From the NCBI GenBank assembly GCA_025452255.1, contig CP104974.1:2022156-2086155 (forward strand): a stretch of 64,000 nt of DNA. The letters run 5' to 3'. Below, piece after piece: positions 58,455 to 64,000 of the stretch (its first letter is position 1; each line of letters begins with the position of its first letter). The DNA is from Devosia sp. A8/3-2. GTDB lineage: Bacteria; Pseudomonadota; Alphaproteobacteria; Rhizobiales; Devosiaceae. The notes beneath the pieces were generated by a model. It saw only the letters and a program-made list of their open reading frames with translations. It had not been told where the DNA came from and did not search any database. The position numbers and the translations under genes were made by a program.

Positions 58455-60509
58455 TCAGATGATGCCAAGCGCGGTGACGGCCATATCCACCAGCTTGATG
58501 CCGATAAACGGGGCGACGAGGCCGCCCGGGCCGTAAACGAGCAGATTGCGCGACAGCAGCGCCGCAGCACCGACGGGGCGGTATTTGACGCCGCGCAGAG
58601 CCAGCGGGATCAACGCCACGATGATCAGCGCATTGAAGATCACCGCCGACAGGATCGCCGATTGCGGCGAGGTGAGATCCATAATGTTGAGCGCGCCCAA
58701 TTGGGGATAGGTGACCGGGAACAGCGCGGGGATGATCGTGAAATATTTGGCCACGTCATTGGCGATGGAGAAGGTGGTGAGCGAGCCGCGCGTCATCAGG
58801 ATCTGCTTGCCGATCTCGACGATCTCGATGAGCTTGGTGGGGCTGGAATCCAGATCCACCATATTGCCCGCCTCGCGCGCCGCCCGGGTGCCCGATTGCA
58901 TGGCGACACCTACATCGGCCTGCGCCGGGGCCGGCGCATCATTGGTGCCATCGCCGCACATGGCGATCAGCCGCCCGCCGGTCTGCTCCTTGCGGATAAA
59001 GTCCAGCTTCTGCTCGGGCGTGGCTTCGGCGAGGAAATCGTCGACCCCCGCTTCCGAGGCAATGGCCGCAGCGGTGACCGGATTATCGCCCGTGACCATG
59101 ATGGTGCGAATACCCATGGCGCGCAGGGCGGCGAAGCGCTCCTTGATGCCGGGCTTGACCACATCCTTGAGGTGGACGACGCCCAAGAGGCGATCGGCTT
59201 CGGCCACAGCCAGCGGGGTGCCGCCAGTGCGCGCAATGGCATCGACCGCCTTGTTGAATTCGGGGCTGGCCTGCGCCTTGTCGAGCCCGACAAAGCGCAG
59301 CACGGCATCCACCGCACCCTTGCGGATGCGCCTTCCTTCAATGTCGATGCCCGAAATACGGGTCTGGGCGGAGAACGGAATAGACGTCGTGCCATTGCCG
59401 ACAATGCGCGGCTCGCTGAGTCCAAAATCACTCTTGGCCAAAGCCACGATGGAGCGCCCCTCGGCAGTCTCATCGGCCAGTGATGCCAACAGCACCGCCT
59501 CGGCCAATTCCTTCTCGCTCACCCCCGACACCGGCAGGAATTCGGACGCCATGCGATTGCCGAAGGTGATGGTGCCGGTCTTGTCGAGCAGCAGCGTATC
59601 CACATCGCCCGCCGCTTCCACCGCACGCCCCGACGTGGCGATGACGTTGAAGCGGATCAACCGGTCCATGCCGGCAATGCCGATAGCCGAGAGCAGGCCC
59701 CCAATCGTGGTGGGGATCAGCGTCACCAGCAAAGCCGCCAGCACGGCCACCGACAGGTCGGTGCCCGAATAGAGCGCCAGCCCATACAGCGTCACCACGG
59801 CGATGAGGAACACCAGTGTCAGCCCGGAGAGCAGGATCGACAGCGCGATCTCGTTTGGCGTCTTCTGCCGCTTGGCGCCCTCGATCAGCGCGATCATGCG
59901 ATCAACAAACGTCTCCCCGGGCTTGGTGGTAATCCGCACCTTGAGCCAATCGGAAATCACCTGCGTGCCGCCGGTCACGGCCGAGCGATCCCCGCCCGCC
60001 TCGCGGATCACCGGCGCCGATTCCCCCGTAATGGCGCTTTCATTGACCGAGGCGACCCCTTCGATCACTTCGCCATCACCGGGGATGAGGTCATTGACCT
60101 CAACCAGCACGATATCGCCGATCTTGAGCGCCGTAGCCGGAATGATCTCGCAGCCTTTGTTACCCGGCTGGCCAGCGAACAGCATTTTCTTGGCAATGAG
60201 ATCGGACTTGCTGCGTTTGAGACTCTCCGCCTGCGCCTTGCCGCGCCCTTCGGCGACGGCTTCGGCAAAGGTGGCGAATAGCACGGTGAACCACAGCCAG
60301 AGCGCGATCTGGCCGGAAAAACCAGCGCCCACGCCCCCAGCCGAGTCCTGGATGAAAATGGCGGTGACAAGAACGGCCACCACCTCGGTGACAAAAATCA
60401 CCGGATTGCGGATCAGCTGGCGCGGATCGAGCTTGACTACCGCGTCACGCAGCGCCGGTACCAGAATGGCAGGCGAGAGGATGGAAATGGATTTGGCGGA
60501 AGTGGACAT
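58455..60509 (-). CDS. kdpB: K+-transporting P-type ATPase subunit B.
   Basis: Intact 684 aa, with [15 protein letters not shown] and GDGTNDAPA motifs. Confidence 0.95.
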   Translation of the reverse strand: MSTSAKSISILSPAILVPALRDAVVKLDPRQLIRNPVIFVTEVVAVLVTAIFIQDSAGGVGAGFSGQIALWLWFTVLFATFAEAVAEGRGKAQAESLKRSKSDLIAKKMLFAGQPGNKGCEIIPATALKIGDIVLVEVNDLIPGDGEVIEGVASVNESAITGESAPVIREAGGDRSAVTGGTQVISDWLKVRITTKPGETFVDRMIALIEGAKRQKTPNEIALSILLSGLTLVFLIAVVTLYGLALYSGTDLSVAVLAALLVTLIPTTIGGLLSAIGIAGMDRLIRFNVIATSGRAVEAAGDVDTLLLDKTGTITFGNRMASEFLPVSGVSEKELAEAVLLASLADETAEGRSIVALAKSDFGLSEPRIVGNGTTSIPFSAQTRISGIDIEGRRIRKGAVDAVLRFVGLDKAQASPEFNKAVDAIARTGGTPLAVAEADRLLGVVHLKDVVKPGIKERFAALRAMGIRTIMVTGDNPVTAAAIASEAGVDDFLAEATPEQKLDFIRKEQTGGRLIAMCGDGTNDAPAPAQADVGVAMQSGTRAAREAGNMVDLDSSPTKLIEIVEIGKQILMTRGSLTTFSIANDVAKYFTIIPALFPVTYPQLGALNIMDLTSPQSAILSAVIFNALIIVALIPLALRGVKYRPVGAAALLSRNLLVYGPGGLVAPFIGIKLVDMAVTALGII

Positions 60510-60518
60510 TTTGATTTC

Positions 60519-62226
60519 CTAAAAGCTCTGTCCGGCCAGCATGGCGAAATGCTCGACAATGGGGCCCAGAGCCGGGGCCGGGAAGAATTGCAGCCCGCCC
60601 AGGATGATGATGATGCCGATCAGCAGGCCCACAAACAGCGGCCTGTCGGTGGGGAATGTGCCCGAGGAGGCGGGCACGCGCGGCTTGGTCACCAGCCCGC
60701 CGGCAATGGCCAGCACTGGCACCAGATAGGCAAAGCGTCCCAGCAGCATGGCGATGCCCAGCGTGGTATTGTACCGTGGGCGTATTCGCCGTGAGCCCGC
60801 CAAAGGCCGAGCCATTATTCCCCGCCGCCGAGGTATAGGCGTAGAGAATTTCGCTAAGCCCATGCGGGCCGGGGGTGAGGATGGAGCTGGTGCCGACTTC
60901 GGCCACCGCCGAAATGGCGGTAAAGCCCAATATGGTCAGCGGCAGGATGAGAATGGCCAGCATGGCAAATTTCATCTCGCGCGCTTCGATCTTTTTGCCC
61001 AACAGCTCGGGCGTGCGCCCGACCATCAGCCCGGCCACGAAGACGGCGAGAATGGCAAAGACCAGCAGCCCATAGAGCCCCGAACCGACGCCGCCGGGCA
61101 GCACTTCGCCCAGCTGGATCAGGAACATGGGCACCAGCCCCCAAGCGGGGTGAGCGAGCCATGCATGGTATTGACGCCGCCATTGGAGAGACCCGTGGTG
61201 ACGGCCGCATACAGCGCTGACATGGCCCGGCCGAAGCGGACTTCCTTGCCTTCCATATTGCCCGGGCTGGGATCGACGCCCACAGCTGTCAGCAGCGGAT
61301 TGCCTGACGTTTCTGCCCAATAGATCGCGCCGGTGCCGATCACCAGCATGATCACGGTGACGGAGATCAGTGCCCAGCCACGGCGGCGATTGCCCACCAT
61401 CTGCCCGAATGTATAGACCAAGGCGGCCGACACGCCGAGCATGGCGATGATGTTCAGATAGTTGGAAAACGCATTGGGGTTTTCGAATGGGTGGGCGGCA
61501 TTGACGTTAAAGAACCCGCCGCCATTGGTGCCCAATTGCTTGATGGCTTCTGGCTGGCTACCGGGCCGGTAGCGATGGTCTGCTGCACGCCTTCGAGCGT
61601 CGTGGCGGTAAAGCTGGCGTCAAGGCTCTGCGGCAGGCCGATCGCGACGAAGGCCAGCGCAACGATGATGGCGAGCGGCAGCAGCACGTAGAGTGTGGCG
61701 CGGGTCAGATCGACCCAGAAATTGCCCAGCTCGTTGGCGCCGGAGCGCACAAAGGCGCGAGTCAGCGCCATGGCCACGGCAATGCCGGTGGCGGCCGAGA
61801 CGAAGTTCTGCACGGTGAGGCCCAGCATCTGGCTGAGATGGCTCATCGTGGTTTCCCCGCCATAGCTCTGCCAATTGGTATTGGTCACAAAGCTGGCGGC
61901 GGTGTTGAAGGCCGAGTCCGGCGGCACAGCCGGAAAGCCCTGCGGATTGAGCGGCAGCACATTCTGCAGCCGCAGAATGGCGTAGAGCCCCGGAACCCGG
62001 TGAGGCTAAACAGCAGCACGCCGATCGTATAGCCCAGCCATCCCTGCTCCTTGTCGGGGCGCACCCCGGCCGGGGCATAAAAGCCACGCTCGACTGGAGC
62101 GAGCACGGGGGAAAGAAAAGTGCGCTCGCCGGAAAACACCTTGGCCATATAGAGGCCGAGCGGCTTGACGAGCAAAAGCACCGCAATCAGCACGAAGCCG
62201 ATTTGCAGCCAGCCAATGAGGGACAT
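60519..62226 (-). CDS. kdpA: K+-transporting ATPase subunit A, with about 4 frameshifts.
   Basis: [41 protein letters not shown]..., with successive KdpA segments in the ORFs 61454..61960, 61119..61535, 60854..61210 and 60519..60863. Confidence 0.9.
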
Positions 62227-62243
62227 ATCTGGCTCCGAAGGAT

Positions 62244-62322
62244 CAGAAGCGCTCAGGGGCCAGCAGCGTCACCACAAGGTAAACGGCCAGCGCCAGCTGA
62301 TGAGAAAAGCGATGATGAGCAT
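62244..62322 (-). CDS. kdpF: KdpF small subunit, probably with a 1-nt homopolymer indel.
   Basis: MLIIAFL... then, in the +1 frame, ...[17 protein letters not shown], which matches the conserved KdpF C-terminus (YLxxALLxPExF). A tttt run at the shift point suggests an indel. Confidence 0.55.
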
Positions 62323-62330
62323 GGTGGCGC

Positions 62331-62414
62331 TCACAGGCGATGCAGCGCAGCGGCATAGATCGCCAGAGCGATCAACGTGCCGGCACCGAGAGCGATAAAT
62401 GCAAGGTCGAGCAT
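62331..62414 (-). CDS. Second small hydrophobic ORF (27 aa) immediately upstream of kdpF; KdpF-like or leader peptide.
   Basis: MLDLAFIALGAGTLIALAIYAAALHRL*, one predicted TM helix, directly 5' of kdpF in the operon leader. Confidence 0.35.
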   Translation of the reverse strand: MLDLAFIALGAGTLIALAIYAAALHRL

Positions 62415-62498
62415 GACAAGCCTCCAGTTGAGGCCCATCCATTGCGTCCATGCCCCGTCAGGTTTCCATATGGAATGAGGCGCCGTCGCATAAGGATT

Positions 62499-63774
62499 TC
62501 ATAAGGACGACATGGTTGATGTCGTTGGGCCAAGCGTTAGACATGCAGCGTGATCGTCTGAACCGGAGCCGCCCGACAGGCCGTTGCGAACCTCAATCTG
62601 ACCGCCCGAGCGTTCGATAATTTCCTTGGCGATCGCCAGCCCGAGGCCCGCCCCGGGAGTGGTTTGGACGCGGCCGGGCTCGGCGCGGAAGAAGGGCTCG
62701 AAGACGCGGACGAGCAAGTCTTGCGGAATGCCCGGCCCCTTGTCGGCGATCTCGATCACGACGGTAGACCCGTTGGCAATCAGACTTACAATCCCGCCTT
62801 TGCCATGAGTAGCGGCGTTGATGAGAAGATTGCGGAGCGCCCGCCGCATGGCCGAGCTCGGCAGTAAATCTATAATTACCCGGTCGAGCCGGCCCAAATC
62901 GATTAGATAGTGCTGGGCCTGCAATTCCTCGACCGTTTCGGCCAGAAGTTTGTGCAGTTCCACCGGACTGTGATCACCCCAGGACACCTCCTCGCGCACC
63001 GGGCGGATCGCACTGTCGGCGATCAGCTCGAGTTCATCGATATCCTTGATCCGAGAGTCGCGGTCTTCGTCGGGCAGGAATTCCGCGCGGATGCGCATGC
63101 AGGTCATGGGTGTGCGCAGATCGTGCCCAGCGGCAGCAACCGAGGCGCATGCGGCTTTCCACGGCGCTTTTAGGCGGGCCGAGAGCCGGTTGAGAGCGGA
63201 GGCGGTTTGGCGCGCTTCCCCCGATCCAACCTCGGGGATATGGGGAATGACACCGTCACTGCCGACCGAATTGACGGCATTTTCCAGCATGGCGAAGGGC
63301 CGCGTCACCCGATAGGCCATGAAGAGGGAGACCGCGATCACCCCCAGTACGACCGGGCCAAGCCAACAGGCCAGTGCAATCCATAATTCGGGGGCGGCCC
63401 GGCCATATTGGGGAATTCGATAGCGAGCTGGCGGCCTGCTACCTCGACCAATGCCAATTGCCCGTTCTGGTCGATCTTGTCATGGACGGCGACCGGTAGC
63501 TCGACGCCCCCGTGGCTCAGGCGGGCTTGGAGGGCATCGGTCAAATCGGGCCGCAGGGCTCCGATCCCGTCCGCCCGGGTGGTCACATCGCTGGCGGAAT
63601 CGACATTTTCGTCAAAAAGGCACTGACCGCGACGATCTGGCTCGCCACTGGCGCCACCATGCGGTCCGGATCGGGTCGGTTCAGCGCAAAGATGACAGCT
63701 GTCGTCGCCACCAATACGACCACGACGATGGCGCCGATCAGGATTGCGGCAATGCGGAAGCGTAGCGACCTCAC
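62499..63774 (-). CDS. Two-component sensor histidine kinase (EnvZ/PhoR-like), frameshifted at ~63340 and ~63600.
   Basis: N-terminal TM MRSLRFRIAAILIGAIVVVVLVATTAVIF, H-box AAGHDLRTPMT and the ATPase domain LINAATHGKG...DKGPGIP...GAGLGLAIAKEI. The ATGA overlap with the upstream regulator is typical. Confidence 0.85.
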
Positions 63775-64000
63775 GGATTGGTCTCACTGATTTCGACCCG
63801 CGCCGCAAGCTGATAGCCGCCGTTGCGGATGGTCTTGAGGATGCCGCCCGAGCCGGCCTCTCGGAACTTGCGGCGGAGGCGGCTGACTAGCACGTCGATG
63901 GAGCGATCGAACGGGTTAGCTTCGCGGCCCTGCGTCAGATCGAGCAATTGATCGCGCGAAAGGACCCGGCCCGGCCTATCGAGAAACACCTGCAGCAATT
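63771..64000 (-). CDS. OmpR-family response regulator, C-terminal winged-helix part only; the 5' end lies beyond the window.
   Basis: ...VLSRDQLLDLTQGREANPFDRSIDVLVSRLRRKFR...LKTIRNGGYQLAARVEISETNP*. Confidence 0.85.
   Translation of the reverse strand, partial: LLQVFLDRPGRVLSRDQLLDLTQGREANPFDRSIDVLVSRLRRKFREAGSGGILKTIRNGGYQLAARVEISETNP

Overview
This is a 64-kb chromosomal segment from a high-GC alphaproteobacterium, most likely Hyphomicrobiales/Rhizobiales (Devosia-like). Its gene content and order are core housekeeping, in this order: the distal end of the dcw division block (ftsZ, lpxC, bamD, recN, ligA); pepP, prmA and uvrD; a phytase-like secreted beta-propeller protein followed by a giant AsmA-family protein; an RHH protein, sspB and a two-piece permuted tmRNA (ssrA); thyA, folA, hflK, hflC, serB and miaA; MATE, PiT, ilvIH (with a leader-peptide attenuator) and pdxJ; tetR-bcr, kup, oxidoreductases, and the kdpFABCDE operon followed by a second two-component system. 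There is no integrase, transposase, prophage, CRISPR array or obvious defense island. The dominant anomaly is about 55 single-nucleotide frameshifts scattered through otherwise conserved and essential genes (ftsZ, ligA, thyA, hflK, kdpA and others). Several occur at homopolymers, so this looks like assembly indel error rather than gene decay; because of it, CDS boundaries for the affected genes are approximate. The more novel candidates are small and speculative: an orphan DUF5680/DUF6985/ABM/YbjQ cluster, two unknown secreted proteins downstream of ligA, a standalone 43-aa ORF, an extra KdpF-like peptide, phased GTTAAC and TTAAGT motif arrays, and a dispersed REP-like repeat family.
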